A stretch of 32,000 nucleotides of DNA from Phycisphaera mikurensis NBRC 102666 (GTDB lineage Bacteria; Planctomycetota; Phycisphaerae; Phycisphaerales; Phycisphaeraceae): the NCBI RefSeq assembly GCF_000284115.1, contig NC_017080.1, positions 2,400,001-2,432,000 of the forward strand, given 5' to 3'. Numbering within the stretch: position 1 is the stretch's first letter; every line of letters starts with the position of its first letter. Below the pieces are notes generated by a model. The model was given only the letters and a program-made list of their open reading frames with translations, searched no databases and was not told the DNA's origin. Position numbers and translations under genes: made by a program. Shown here one piece after another: positions 7,748-17,011 of this stretch.

Positions 7748-9373
7748 CTACACCGTGGCCACCGATCCCTCGAACGAGACCAGCCGCTGGAACACCACCA
7801 TGATCCGATCCAGCAGCAGCCCGACGATCCCGACGATGAAGACGACGACGATCATCTTCGCGAAGGAGTCGCTGGCGCCGTTGTTGAACTGGTCCCAGAC
7901 GAACTTGCCGATGCCCTCGGAACTGGCGAGCAGCTCGGCGGCGATGAGCACCATCCAGCCGACGCCAAGGCTGATCCGCATGCCCGCGAACATCAGCGGC
8001 AGCGCCGAGGGCAGCACGATCTTGAACAGCCGCGACCAGAAGCCCAGCTTCAGCACCTTCGCGACGTTGATGTGGTCCTTGTCCACCGACGCGACACCCA
8101 GGGCGGTGTTCACCATCGTCGCCCAGAGGCTGCACAGCGCCACGGTCGCGGCGGAAGCCAGGAAGGCGGGGTTGATCTCGAGCGTGTCGAGGATCGGCAC
8201 GTGGTACGTCCAGGCGGTCAGCCAGTGGCTCTCGGCGCTGGGGATGGCGGCGGAGGCCACGATGAGGGCGATCGGCAGCCAGACGATGGGGGACACCGGC
8301 TTGAAGAGCGCGATGAAGGGCGTCATGGCGGCCATGAAGGTCTTCGACAGGCCGCAAAGGATGCCGATGGGCACGGCGATCAGCGATCCCAGGAAGAAGC
8401 CGGCGAAGACGCAGACGATGCTCCGCCACACCTGGTAGTAAATCGACTTGGGTTTCGTGTAGGTCGACTCGGTGACCTTCGCCAGCCGCTCCTCGGCGGA
8501 GACCACCCGCTTGGCGGCGAGGAAGGCGGCGGGGCCCTCGGCGGCGGCGAACTTGGCTTTCGCCTCGGCCACCTTGGCCTCGCCCTCGGCGATCTTGGTC
8601 TCGCGGCTGTTCTCGCCGAGCTGGTCCCGCATCTTCTGGAGGTACTGGTTCTCCTCGAGCGTCGACGCCTGCTGCGCGAGGGCCGCGGCGACGACGCCGG
8701 ACTTCTCGTCGCGGATCGCCTTGATCCGGTCCTCCAGCAGATCGGCCTCGGCCTTGAGCGCGTCGCCGCGGGCGGCGAGGCCTGCGACCTCGCCGAGGTA
8801 CCGGGTCCGCTCCTCGCTCTCGCCGGCGGGCAGGTCCGCGGCGGCTTCCTTGAGCGCCGCCTCCCGCTCCTTCTTCTCGGTCTTCGCCTGCGCCTTGATC
8901 GCGTCGAGCTCCTCCTGCAGCGGGGCGATCCGCTCGTCCTTGCCCGCCGCGTCGGCGGCCCGGGCCTCGCCGAGCGCGGCCTCGGCGGCGGCGATCTTCT
9001 CGGGCATGAGCGCGAGCTTGGCCTCCATGGCCGCCAAGCCGATCTCCCGGCCCGGGCCGACCTCGAGGTACGCCGCCTCCTTGTCGGATTCCCAGGACGC
9101 CGACTGGGCCAGCGACCCCGAGGCGGCCCAGACGACCGACGGCGAGGGCAGCTCGCCGCTCTTGGTCTTGACGTTGGGGCTCACGACGTACGCCCAGATG
9201 ACGAAGAAGGCACAGATCGCCAGCAGCGGCACGACGACGAACTGGCCGATCTTCCTGACCTGCACGCCCGGCTCCTCGCCGTAGCACAGCCGGACGACCG
9301 GCTCGAGGAAGCCCAGGGCGGTGACGTCGATCACCTTCAACAGTCCGAATTTCAGGTTCTTGGCGGCGCTCAT
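7748..9373 (-). CDS. nrtB: Nitrate ABC transporter permease NrtB with long coiled-coil insertion
   Basis: 541 aa from ATG at 9373 (MSAAKNLKFG...); N-terminal TM, ~200-aa Ala/Glu/Lys-rich coiled coil, then NrtB-type permease domain (GSLIAVPIGILCGLS..TPFIALFKPVSPIVWLPIALI..GVGWMVLIAAELLASSEGIGKFVWDQF). Confidence 0.88.
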   Translation of the reverse strand: MSAAKNLKFGLLKVIDVTALGFLEPVVRLCYGEEPGVQVRKIGQFVVVPLLAICAFFVIWAYVVSPNVKTKSGELPSPSVVWAASGSLAQSASWESDKEAAYLEVGPGREIGLAAMEAKLALMPEKIAAAEAALGEARAADAAGKDERIAPLQEELDAIKAQAKTEKKEREAALKEAAADLPAGESEERTRYLGEVAGLAARGDALKAEADLLEDRIKAIRDEKSGVVAAALAQQASTLEENQYLQKMRDQLGENSRETKIAEGEAKVAEAKAKFAAAEGPAAFLAAKRVVSAEERLAKVTESTYTKPKSIYYQVWRSIVCVFAGFFLGSLIAVPIGILCGLSKTFMAAMTPFIALFKPVSPIVWLPIALIVASAAIPSAESHWLTAWTYHVPILDTLEINPAFLASAATVALCSLWATMVNTALGVASVDKDHINVAKVLKLGFWSRLFKIVLPSALPLMFAGMRISLGVGWMVLIAAELLASSEGIGKFVWDQFNNGASDSFAKMIVVVFIVGIVGLLLDRIMVVFQRLVSFEGSVATV

Positions 9374-9473
9374 GACTCGTTCAGGGGTGTTCTGGTTCTT
9401 GGGAAACCGCCGACGGATCGCTAAATCCGAAGACGGCGCGTGGGCGGGGCGGCGGCGGGGCCGCGTGCTCAAT

Positions 9474-9576
9474 CGTCTGACTTCTTCAAGCCTTCACCTC
9501 TCCGCTTGCTCTCTTCTCCGCTTCCTCGCTTCTCCACTTCTTCGCTTCTTCGCTTCTTCGCTTCCTCTCTTCTCTC
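9474..9576. repeat. AAGAAGCG/CGCTTCTT element, copy C (pyrimidine arm only)
   Basis: tctgacttcttcaagcc...cttcttcgcttcttcgcttcttcgcttcctc; ends at the nrtA stop codon. Confidence 0.8.
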
Positions 9577-11001
9577 TCACTTCTTGTTCCCGATCTCGAA
9601 GCCCGCCAGATACTCGAGCGGCTTCTTCCCGTCGTACGTCTTGCCGTCGATGAAGTCCGAGGTGGCCGGCTTGTAGCCGTCGGTACCGACCGGGATCTCG
9701 TCCTCGGCGATGAAGCCCTCCTCGACGAGCATCTGCGCCGCCTCCAGGAAGATCTCCGGCTTGTAGACCTCCTCCGCCTTCTCGGCGTACCAGGAGGCGG
9801 GCCGCTCCTCGGCGATCTGACCCCAGCGGCGCATCTGCGTCATGAACCAGACGCCGTCGGAGTACCACGGGTAGTTGCAGAAGTACTTGTAGAACACGTT
9901 GAAGTCGGGCGCGTCCTTCACGTCGGTCTTCTGGAAGGTGAAGGTGCCGAGCATGGAGCGGCCGATGATGTCGGCGTCGGCGCCGACGTAGTCCGGCCGC
10001 GAGAGGATCGTGACGGCCTCGCGGCGGTTGACGAAGTCGCCGTTCTCGTCGGTCTCGTCGAGCCAGCGGGCGGCCTTGATGAGCGCCTTGGTGACGGCGA
10101 GCATCGTCTGGGGGTTCTCGTCGGCCCAGGCCTTGGTCACGCCGAAGACCTTCTCGGGGTTGTTCTTCCAGATCTCGTTGTTGGTGACCACCGGCACGCC
10201 GATGCCCTTGGCCACGGCGGCCTGGTTCCACGGCTCGCCCACGCAGTAGCCCTGGATGTTGCCGGCCTCCAGCGTCGCGGGCATGAGCGGCGGCGGGGTC
10301 ACGGAAAGCTCCACGTCGGCGTCGGTGCGGCCGCCGACGTCGGCGCTGGTGTACATGCCGGGGTGGATGCCGGCGGCGGCGAGCCAGTAGCGCAGCTCGT
10401 AGTTGTGCGTCGAGACGGGGAAGACCATGCCCATCTGCAGCTTCTTGCCGTCGGCCTTGAAGTCCTCCACGACCGGGGCGAGGCCCTCGGCGGTGATCGG
10501 GTGGTCGGGCTTGGGCGTGTCCAGCGCCGGCTCGTTCTCCTGCATCATCGACCAGACGTCGTTGCTGACGGTGATCGCGTTGCCGTTCAAGTCCATCGTG
10601 AAGGCGGTGATCACGTGGGCCTTGGTGCCGATGCCCAGCGTCGCCGCGATCGGCTGGCCGCTGAGCATGTGCGCGCCGTCGAGCTCGCCGGAGATCACGT
10701 TGTCGAGCAGCGTCTTCCAGTTCGGCTGCGCGGTCACCTCGACGAAGAGCCCCTCGTCCTCGAAGTAGCCCTTCTCCTTGGCGATGACGATCGGGGCGCA
10801 GTCGGTGAGCTTGATGAAGCCGAACTTCAGCTCGTCCTTCTCGATGTCGAGCATCTCGGTCTCTCCGCCCTCGATCGCGGGGACCTCGGCGGGACCGAAG
10901 GCGGAGGCGGGCGTGGAGAAGAAGCCGAAGCACAGGGAGGCGGCGGCGGCGAGGGTGGCGGTGCGGAGCTTCATGGGACGGGTGTTCGCGTGGGTCTTCA
11001 T
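9577..11001 (-). CDS. nrtA: Nitrate ABC transporter substrate-binding protein NrtA (alternative start 10974)
   Basis: 474 aa; signal peptide ([25 protein letters not shown]), [37 protein letters not shown]. Confidence 0.92.
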   Translation of the reverse strand: MKTHANTRPMKLRTATLAAAASLCFGFFSTPASAFGPAEVPAIEGGETEMLDIEKDELKFGFIKLTDCAPIVIAKEKGYFEDEGLFVEVTAQPNWKTLLDNVISGELDGAHMLSGQPIAATLGIGTKAHVITAFTMDLNGNAITVSNDVWSMMQENEPALDTPKPDHPITAEGLAPVVEDFKADGKKLQMGMVFPVSTHNYELRYWLAAAGIHPGMYTSADVGGRTDADVELSVTPPPLMPATLEAGNIQGYCVGEPWNQAAVAKGIGVPVVTNNEIWKNNPEKVFGVTKAWADENPQTMLAVTKALIKAARWLDETDENGDFVNRREAVTILSRPDYVGADADIIGRSMLGTFTFQKTDVKDAPDFNVFYKYFCNYPWYSDGVWFMTQMRRWGQIAEERPASWYAEKAEEVYKPEIFLEAAQMLVEEGFIAEDEIPVGTDGYKPATSDFIDGKTYDGKKPLEYLAGFEIGNKK

Positions 11002-11067
11002 CGTTCGGGTCGGCGGGTGCGGGCAAGGCAGGAGAAAGCGGGCCGGCCGCTCATCGGGGAGCGAGCC

Positions 11068-11085
11068 GGAGACGCCGTTGTCTCC
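11068..11085 (-). promoter_or_regulatory. Candidate ANTAR-type hexaloop hairpin in nrtA leader
   Basis: Minus strand GGAGAC-AACGGC-GTCTCC: 6-bp perfect stem, hexaloop with A1 and G4. Adjacent second hairpin 11063-11048 CGCTC-CCCGAT-GAGCG (G4, but C1). Confidence 0.4.
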
Positions 11086-11163
11086 AAAGGCTTCCGCGGG
11101 CGGCGTGTGCCGGGCGCGGGGGCCTTCACGTCTGGATGGTGGGCGGGGAGCTTCCGCTCCCGT

Positions 11164-11185
11164 GCCCGCACGTCGCTGTGCGGGC
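11164..11185 (-). promoter_or_regulatory. Candidate ANTAR-type hexaloop hairpin in nrtA leader
   Basis: Minus strand GCCCGCAC-AGCGAC-GTGCGGGC: 8-bp perfect stem, hexaloop with A1 and G4. Confidence 0.4.
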
Positions 11186-11339
11186 TGGCCTGCCCGAGAG
11201 GTTGCAAGGACCGTGCCAGTGCCACGATCCGCACCCGCGGGCGCTGGGAAGCCGAGCCGTGCCGCAGCGATGCTTCCCAAACGCGCAGCAGGCGGAGGAA
11301 CCCCGATGCCGTGCGCATGCGGCGCGCAGGACCCGGATC

Positions 11340-11385
11340 CCGCGGACCGAGACCCTCTCGACGCCAAACCGCCGGCGGTCCGCGG
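11340..11385. repeat. 46-bp inverted-repeat element copy (perfect), nrtA-nirA intergenic
   Basis: CCGCGGACCG-N26-CGGTCCGCGG; arms extend outward to GATCCCGCGGACCG / CGGTCCGCGGGATC (11336-11389). Confidence 0.93.
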
Positions 11386-11580
11386 GATCGCTCTCCGGGC
11401 GTCGCTCCCGCCGGAACGGTCGTTTCCGCGGCGAGCGGCACCGCTCTTGCACACGGAAGACGGGCGGCCTCGCGGATCGCCCGACAGCCCGCCGCCGGAC
11501 AACGACGTCCTGCCCACGCCTCTCCGGCCCCGGAGGCGCGTGAGCGGGTTGTTTTCGTTGCCGCTCGCTCCGCCCGCCTC

Positions 11581-11605
11581 GCCCCGCCCCGCCCCGCCCC
11601 GCCCC
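11581..11605 (+). repeat. (GCCCC)5 pentanucleotide run just upstream of the nirA start
   Basis: Direct reading: gccccgccccgccccgccccgcccc, 18 bp before the ATG. Confidence 0.95.
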
Positions 11606-11622
11606 GCCGCCCGCTCTCGCTT

Positions 11623-13386
11623 ATGTGTGGAACCGCCGACCTGACCAACGACACCTTCAGCCCCGAGCAGCAGGCTTATTTGGAGAACCTGCTCGGCCAG
11701 CTCGACCTCGCCGCGGCCTTCGTCCGGCCCACCGCCGAGGCGGCGCAGGAGGTGACGGTGCACGGCACGCCTTACGAGGACCTCGCGGGCGAGGAGGTGC
11801 TCAAAGCCGAGAAGCACCCCTGGGAATACTGGCCGCGGATGAAGCTCTCCGCCCGCGAGGGCCGCTTCGCCGAGGGCGGCGACAACTTCATGTTCAAGCA
11901 CCACGGCATGTTCAATGTGGCGCCGGCCCAGGCCGGCTACATGTGCCGGCTGCGGATCCCCGGCGGGCTGCTGCGGGGCGACCAGCTGGCGATGCTCGCG
12001 GACGCGGCGGAGGAGATGGGCGGGGGCTACGCCCACCTCACCACCCGGGGCAACCTGCAGGTCCGCGAGATCCAGCCGCCGGACATGATCCGCTTCCTGG
12101 AGCGGCTGTACGAGATCGGCTTGACCGCCAAGGGCTCGGGCGCCGACAGCGTCCGGAACATCACGCTCTCGCCCACGAGCGGCTTCGATCCCGGCGAGCT
12201 GATCGACCTGCGTGAGCAGGCGACCGACACGCACCACCTCATCCTCAACAGCCGCGACCTGCACGGCCTGCCGCGGAAGTTCAACATCGCCTTCGACACC
12301 GGCGGCCACGCCAGCTGCGTGAGCGACACCAACGACATCGGCTACCTGGCGACGGAGGTGGCCGACGACGGCGGCGAGACCCGGATCCTCTGCGAGGTGA
12401 TGCTCGGCGGCATCACCGGCCACGGCGACTTCGCCCGGCCCACCGGCTGGTTCCTCCGGCCCGACGACACCGTCGCGGCGTCCGCGGCGATGCTGCAGGT
12501 CTTCGTCGAGCACGGCGACCGGACCAACCGCAAGCGGGCGCGGCTGAAGTACGTGCTCGACGCCCACGGCGACGACTGGTTCGTCGAGCGGGCCCAGGAG
12601 AAGCTCGATGCGATGGTCGAGGCGGGCGAGGCCGCCGCGGGCGCCCGCTTCGAGCGGATCGACCGCGACCGCTGCACGCCGCGGGCGACGATCGACCGCC
12701 TCGCGCACGTGGGCGTGCACGAGCAGGCGGACGGGCGGTTCCACGTCGGCGTCGTCTTCCCCGCCGGCCGGCTGTCGCCCGGCCAGATGCGCGGCATCGG
12801 GGCGCTCGCGAAGCGGTACGGAAAGAACGACGTCCGCCTCACGGTCTGGCAGAACCTGCTGATCCCCCACGTGGACGGCCGCGACGTCGCGGCCGTCGAG
12901 GCGGGGCTGGCAGAGCTGGGGCTCGCCTCCTCGAAGACCAGCTTCCACGCCGGCGCCGTCGCCTGCACCGGCAAGTGGGCGTGCAAGTACGGGGCGGCGC
13001 ACACGAAGGAGAACCTCGTGCCGATCGTCGAGCACCTCGCGGAGCGCTTCGAGCTCGACAGCCCGATCAATCTGCACGTCACCGGGTGCGCGAACAGCTG
13101 CGCCCAGCACTACATCGGCGACGTCGGCTTGCTTGGCGCGACGACGGCCGACGGCGAGGAGGCTTTCCAGGTCTTCCTCGGCGGCGGCAGCGACGCCGAC
13201 CAGGGCATCGGCCGCCACCTCGCCGGACCCGTCCCCGCCCCGCGGGTGAAGCACCTGCTGGAGCAGGTCGTCGCGACGTACCTCCAACGCCGCGAAGGCT
13301 CCGAAACCTTCCTCGCCTTCACGCGGCGGCACGAGATCGAGGAGCTGCAGGAGCTGTTCGCCCAGGAGGAAGCCGTCGCGGGATGA
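11623..13386 (+). CDS. nirA: Siroheme/4Fe-4S nitrite reductase (ferredoxin-nitrite reductase family)
   Basis: 587 aa from ATG at 11623 ([12 protein letters not shown]...); [16 protein letters not shown] and [19 protein letters not shown] (Cys-x5-Cys and Cys-x3-Cys cluster/siroheme ligands). Confidence 0.92.
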   Translation: MCGTADLTNDTFSPEQQAYLENLLGQLDLAAAFVRPTAEAAQEVTVHGTPYEDLAGEEVLKAEKHPWEYWPRMKLSAREGRFAEGGDNFMFKHHGMFNVAPAQAGYMCRLRIPGGLLRGDQLAMLADAAEEMGGGYAHLTTRGNLQVREIQPPDMIRFLERLYEIGLTAKGSGADSVRNITLSPTSGFDPGELIDLREQATDTHHLILNSRDLHGLPRKFNIAFDTGGHASCVSDTNDIGYLATEVADDGGETRILCEVMLGGITGHGDFARPTGWFLRPDDTVAASAAMLQVFVEHGDRTNRKRARLKYVLDAHGDDWFVERAQEKLDAMVEAGEAAAGARFERIDRDRCTPRATIDRLAHVGVHEQADGRFHVGVVFPAGRLSPGQMRGIGALAKRYGKNDVRLTVWQNLLIPHVDGRDVAAVEAGLAELGLASSKTSFHAGAVACTGKWACKYGAAHTKENLVPIVEHLAERFELDSPINLHVTGCANSCAQHYIGDVGLLGATTADGEEAFQVFLGGGSDADQGIGRHLAGPVPAPRVKHLLEQVVATYLQRREGSETFLAFTRRHEIEELQELFAQEEAVAG

Positions 13387-15251
13387 GCGTTGCACGCGCA
13401 GCGCCGGTCTCCCGCAAGCGCACGGATCCCAAGCCGCATCGAATGAATCTCGTGCCATCCACCGCAGACACCAGAACCATGCCCACCTCCACCCTCCCCG
13501 CCCCGGCCGGGCTGCTCGACGGGCTCTCGCCCGGCAAGGCTTCGCCCTACGCCCCTTACGTGCCCGCCGATGCGCCGTTCAGCGAGCCGCAGCGGCAGTG
13601 GCTCAACGGCCTCTTCACGGGGCTCTCGGTCATCGCCCGCGCAGCCAACGCCGGCGGTGACGGAAAAGAACCCGAGGCGCCGGCGGTGCCGCTGCTGGTG
13701 GCCTACGGGTCGCAGTCGGGCACGGCCGAAGCTCTGTCCAAGAACGTCCGCAAGTTCGCGGCGACCTCCGGGTTCCAGCCGGAGGTCAAGCAGCTCAACG
13801 ACGTGGAGCCCGCCGAACTGGCCGGCTTCGGGCACGTGCTCCTGCTGTGCTCCACCTTCGGCGAGGGCGACCCGCCGGACAACGCCCTGAAGTTCTTCGA
13901 CAAGCTGATGGCCGACGATGCGCCCCGCCTGGAGGGCCTGCACTTCAGCGTGCTCGGGCTCGGCGACTCGTCGTACGCGCAGTTCAACCAGAGCGGCCGC
14001 GACCTCGACGCCCGGCTGGAAGCGCTCGGGGCGTCGCGGGCCGCGGAGGCGGTGCTCTGCGACGTCGCGTACGAGGACGACTTCGACGCGTGGAAGCAGA
14101 GCGTCTTCGCGAGCGAGCCGTTCGCGGCCGCGGGCGTCGGGACCTCGCAGGCGCCCGTCGATCGCGGCGACGAGGCGGTCGAGCGTTACACGAAGAGCAC
14201 GCCCTTCCCGGCGACGCTGCTGGAGGTCCGCGGGCTCTCCGGCCCCAACTCCAAGAAGGAGGTGAACCACGTGGAGATCTCGCTCGCGGGCTCGGGCCTC
14301 GACTACGCCGTCGGCGATGCGCTGGGCGTGTGGCCGGTGAACTGCAGCGAGCACGTGAGCGAGCTGCTCGCGGCGGGCGGCTTCTCCGGCCGCGAGGTGG
14401 TGACGCTCAAGGACGGCCCGCTGCCGCTGCGGGCGGCGCTCCTGTCGAAACTGGACGTGTGCGTCGTGACGCCCAAGACGCTGGAGGTGCTGAACATCGC
14501 CGCGGAGATGTCGGAGATCGAGGGCATGCACGTGGTCGACCTGCTGGAGAGGTTCCAGCCCGACGCCGACGCGCAGCAGCTCGCCGAGGCGCTGCGCCCG
14601 CTGCAGCCGCGGCTGTACTCGATCTCCTCGTCGCCGAAGGCTCACCCCGGGGAGGTCCACCTCACGGTGGGCGCCGTCCGCTACGAGACGCACAGCCGCG
14701 CCCGCAAGGGTGTGGCGAGCACCTTCCTCGCCGACCGCTGCGGCTGCGGAGCCCAGGTCGGCGTGTACCTGCAGAAGTCGGCGCACTTCCACCTGCCGGC
14801 CCCGGAGGTCCCGCTGATCATGTGCGGCCCGGGCACCGGCATCGCGCCCTTCCGGGCCTTCCTGGAGGAACGCGCCGCCGCCGAGGCGTCCGGGAAGAAC
14901 TGGCTGTTCTTCGGCGACCAGCACGAGGCCGACGACTACCTCTACCGCGACGAGCTCGAGGCCTTCGCGGCGGCGGGCGTGCTGGACCGGGTGGATCTCG
15001 CGTGGTCGCGCGACGGGAGCGAGAAGGTCTACGTCCAGCACCTCATGGAGCGGGCGGGCGCCGAGCTGTTCGCCTGGTTCGAGGAAGGCGCCGCCTTCTA
15101 CATCTGCGGCGACGCGTCGCGGATGGCCAAGGACGTGGACGCGGCGCTGCACCGCGTCGTCGCCGAGCACGGCGGGTTGAGCGAGGAGCAAGCCGCGGCG
15201 TACGTGGAGAAGCTGAAGGGGGAGGGGAGGTATCAGCGGGATGTGTATTGA
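13383..15251 (+). CDS. Diflavin reductase, sulfite reductase flavoprotein alpha (CysJ)-like; alternative start 13479
   Basis: Flavodoxin domain ([41 protein letters not shown]), FAD domain ([20 protein letters not shown]), NADP domain ([31 protein letters not shown]). ATGA overlap with nirA stop if the 13383 start is used. Confidence 0.9.
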   Translation: MSVARAAPVSRKRTDPKPHRMNLVPSTADTRTMPTSTLPAPAGLLDGLSPGKASPYAPYVPADAPFSEPQRQWLNGLFTGLSVIARAANAGGDGKEPEAPAVPLLVAYGSQSGTAEALSKNVRKFAATSGFQPEVKQLNDVEPAELAGFGHVLLLCSTFGEGDPPDNALKFFDKLMADDAPRLEGLHFSVLGLGDSSYAQFNQSGRDLDARLEALGASRAAEAVLCDVAYEDDFDAWKQSVFASEPFAAAGVGTSQAPVDRGDEAVERYTKSTPFPATLLEVRGLSGPNSKKEVNHVEISLAGSGLDYAVGDALGVWPVNCSEHVSELLAAGGFSGREVVTLKDGPLPLRAALLSKLDVCVVTPKTLEVLNIAAEMSEIEGMHVVDLLERFQPDADAQQLAEALRPLQPRLYSISSSPKAHPGEVHLTVGAVRYETHSRARKGVASTFLADRCGCGAQVGVYLQKSAHFHLPAPEVPLIMCGPGTGIAPFRAFLEERAAAEASGKNWLFFGDQHEADDYLYRDELEAFAAAGVLDRVDLAWSRDGSEKVYVQHLMERAGAELFAWFEEGAAFYICGDASRMAKDVDAALHRVVAEHGGLSEEQAAAYVEKLKGEGRYQRDVY

Positions 15252-15267
15252 TGCAGCGGCTGCGCCG

Positions 15268-15409
15268 CTCGAGCGAGGAAGCGAAAAAGAGAGGAAGCGA
15301 AGAAGTCAGCAGGAGCCGGGCGCGGCGGCGCCGCGAGCTGCAACCCCTTCCTGACTTCTTCACTTCTTCGCTTCCCCCCTTCTTCGCTTCTTCGCTTCTT
15401 CGCTTCCCC
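15268..15409. repeat. AAGAAGCG/CGCTTCTT palindromic intergenic element, copy D
   Basis: ctcgagcgaggaagcgaaaaagagaggaagcgaagaagtcag ... ctgacttcttcacttcttcgcttcccccc ttcttcgcttcttcgcttcttcgcttcc, just after the diflavin reductase stop codon. Confidence 0.88.
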
Positions 15410-15419
15410 AACCCCCCGC

Positions 15420-16955
15420 TTGCCCCCCGCCCCCCTGCCCGTGCGAGCCATCGCCTCCCCTCCCCCCACCACCTCCCGCGACATCCGCCTCCGCCTGGCG
15501 GACCACGCGGAGGTCGCGCACGCGCCGTGCGATGCGGAGGCTTCCGCCGAGGGGGAGCGCTGCATGAGCTGCGGGGCGGCCTTCTGCATGCCCTCGGGCG
15601 GGTACGCGAGCCACGCGGGCGGCGCGGCGGGGTGCCCGATCGGCAACCGGATCCCCGAGTGGAACGAGCTGGTGAGCCTCGGCCGGTGGGAGGAGGCCTA
15701 CGCGAACCTGGCGGAGACGAACAACTTCCCCGAGTTCACCGGGCGGCTGTGCCCGGCGCCGTGCCAGGACGCCTGCATCCACGGGCTCAACGAGCGGCCG
15801 GTGGGCATCAAGTCGATCGAGCGGGCGATCATCGACAAAGCCTTCGCCCGGGGGTGGGTCCGGCAGAACACGCCGGCGGTGCGGCTGGACACCCAAGTGG
15901 GCATCGTCGGCTCCGGTCCGGCGGGGCTGGCGGCGGCGGACCAGCTCAACCAGGCCGGGCACCGGGTGACCGTGTTCGAGCGGGCGGACCGGGTGGGCGG
16001 GCTGCTCGTGTACGGCGTGCCGAGCATGAAGCTGGAGAAGGCGGTGGTGGCGCGGCGGGTGGCGCTCCTGGAGCGGGCCGGCGTGCGCTTCCGCACGCGG
16101 ACCGCGATCGGTGAGGACGTCCGTGCCGAGGACCTCGCCGCGGAACACGACGCGGTTCTCGTGGCGGCCGGCGCGGTCCGCGGGCGGAGGCTGCGGATCC
16201 CCGGCGCGGACCTGCCCGGCGTGGAGATGGCGATGCCGTACCTGGAGTCGGCGACGCGGCACTGGCTCGATGGCGAGGCGAAGCCGATCGACGCGGCGGG
16301 CCGCGACGTCGTGATCATCGGCGGCGGCGACACCGGGGCCGACTGCATCGCGACGGCGTTGCGGCAGGGCTGCCGCAGCGTCGTCAACATCACCCGCCGC
16401 GACCGCCCGCCCGCGGAGCGGGACGCCGCTCATCCCTGGCCCGGCCCGCCCGACACCTACACGCTGGACTATGCCCACGCCGAAGGCGCGGCCGTGCAGG
16501 GCGCGGACCCGCGGGCGTGGGGCGTGACGCCGGTCGCCTTCGAGGCGGACGGTGCCGGCCGCCTCGCGGGACTCCGCGTGCGGCGCTGCGGCCGCGACGA
16601 GGTGCTCCCGGCGCAGCTCGCCGTGCTCTCGATCGGCTTCGTCGGCACCGACCACAACGGCTGGCTCACGGACCTGGGTTTCTCCCGCGACCGCCCCGCG
16701 TCCGCCGGCAACCAGCCGGAGCGGTCGACCCGCTTCGCGCACGTCTTCGCCTGCGGCGACTGCCGGCGCGGCCCCTCGCTGGTGGTCCACGCCATCGCGG
16801 AGGGACGCGCGGCCGCGGCGGTCATCGACGGGATGCTGCGGAAGAAGCCGCACGCCGCGGACGCGTCCGCGGGTCGGGGCCACCGCCTCGGCGTGCCGCC
16901 GCAGGCGGCAGCGTCGCGTGAACGACCCGTGCGGGCTGATCGACCTCCACGTTGA
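15420..16955 (+). CDS. gltD: Glutamate synthase small subunit / GltD-like NAD(P)-dependent oxidoreductase
   Basis: 511 aa; RCMSCGAAFCMPSG...GCPIGNRIPEWNELV, NNFPEFTGRLCPAPCQDACIHG, VGIVGSGPAGLAAADQLNQAGHRVTVFE, VVIIGGGDTGADCIATALRQG. Confidence 0.9.
   Translation: MPPAPLPVRAIASPPPTTSRDIRLRLADHAEVAHAPCDAEASAEGERCMSCGAAFCMPSGGYASHAGGAAGCPIGNRIPEWNELVSLGRWEEAYANLAETNNFPEFTGRLCPAPCQDACIHGLNERPVGIKSIERAIIDKAFARGWVRQNTPAVRLDTQVGIVGSGPAGLAAADQLNQAGHRVTVFERADRVGGLLVYGVPSMKLEKAVVARRVALLERAGVRFRTRTAIGEDVRAEDLAAEHDAVLVAAGAVRGRRLRIPGADLPGVEMAMPYLESATRHWLDGEAKPIDAAGRDVVIIGGGDTGADCIATALRQGCRSVVNITRRDRPPAERDAAHPWPGPPDTYTLDYAHAEGAAVQGADPRAWGVTPVAFEADGAGRLAGLRVRRCGRDEVLPAQLAVLSIGFVGTDHNGWLTDLGFSRDRPASAGNQPERSTRFAHVFACGDCRRGPSLVVHAIAEGRAAAAVIDGMLRKKPHAADASAGRGHRLGVPPQAAASRERPVRADRPPR
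16138..16183. repeat. 46-bp inverted-repeat element copy (degenerate), within gltD
   Basis: CCGCGGAAC-N28-GGTCCGCGG, same geometry, one mismatch. Confidence 0.6.
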
Positions 16956-17011
16956 ATCCGCGGCGCGGCCGCGTGCCCGGCCACGGGCCCCGACGCACGC
17001 GTGGGCGTCGG

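Noticed and set aside
10363-13386. 1007-aa ORF spanning nrtA antisense and nirA
   Set aside because: Only the part from ATG 11623 resembles nirA; the upstream extension is antisense to nrtA plus intergenic DNA.
9494-13458. Very long minus-strand ORFs (9494-11026, 9577-13458)
   Set aside because: The first is an off-frame overlap of nrtA; the second is genuine only from 11001 down to 9577, and the extension is antisense to nirA.
12975-15251. 758-aa ORF overlapping the nirA 3' end as an extended diflavin reductase
   Set aside because: Residues before 13383 are out-of-frame nirA sequence; the flavodoxin domain begins well after 13479.
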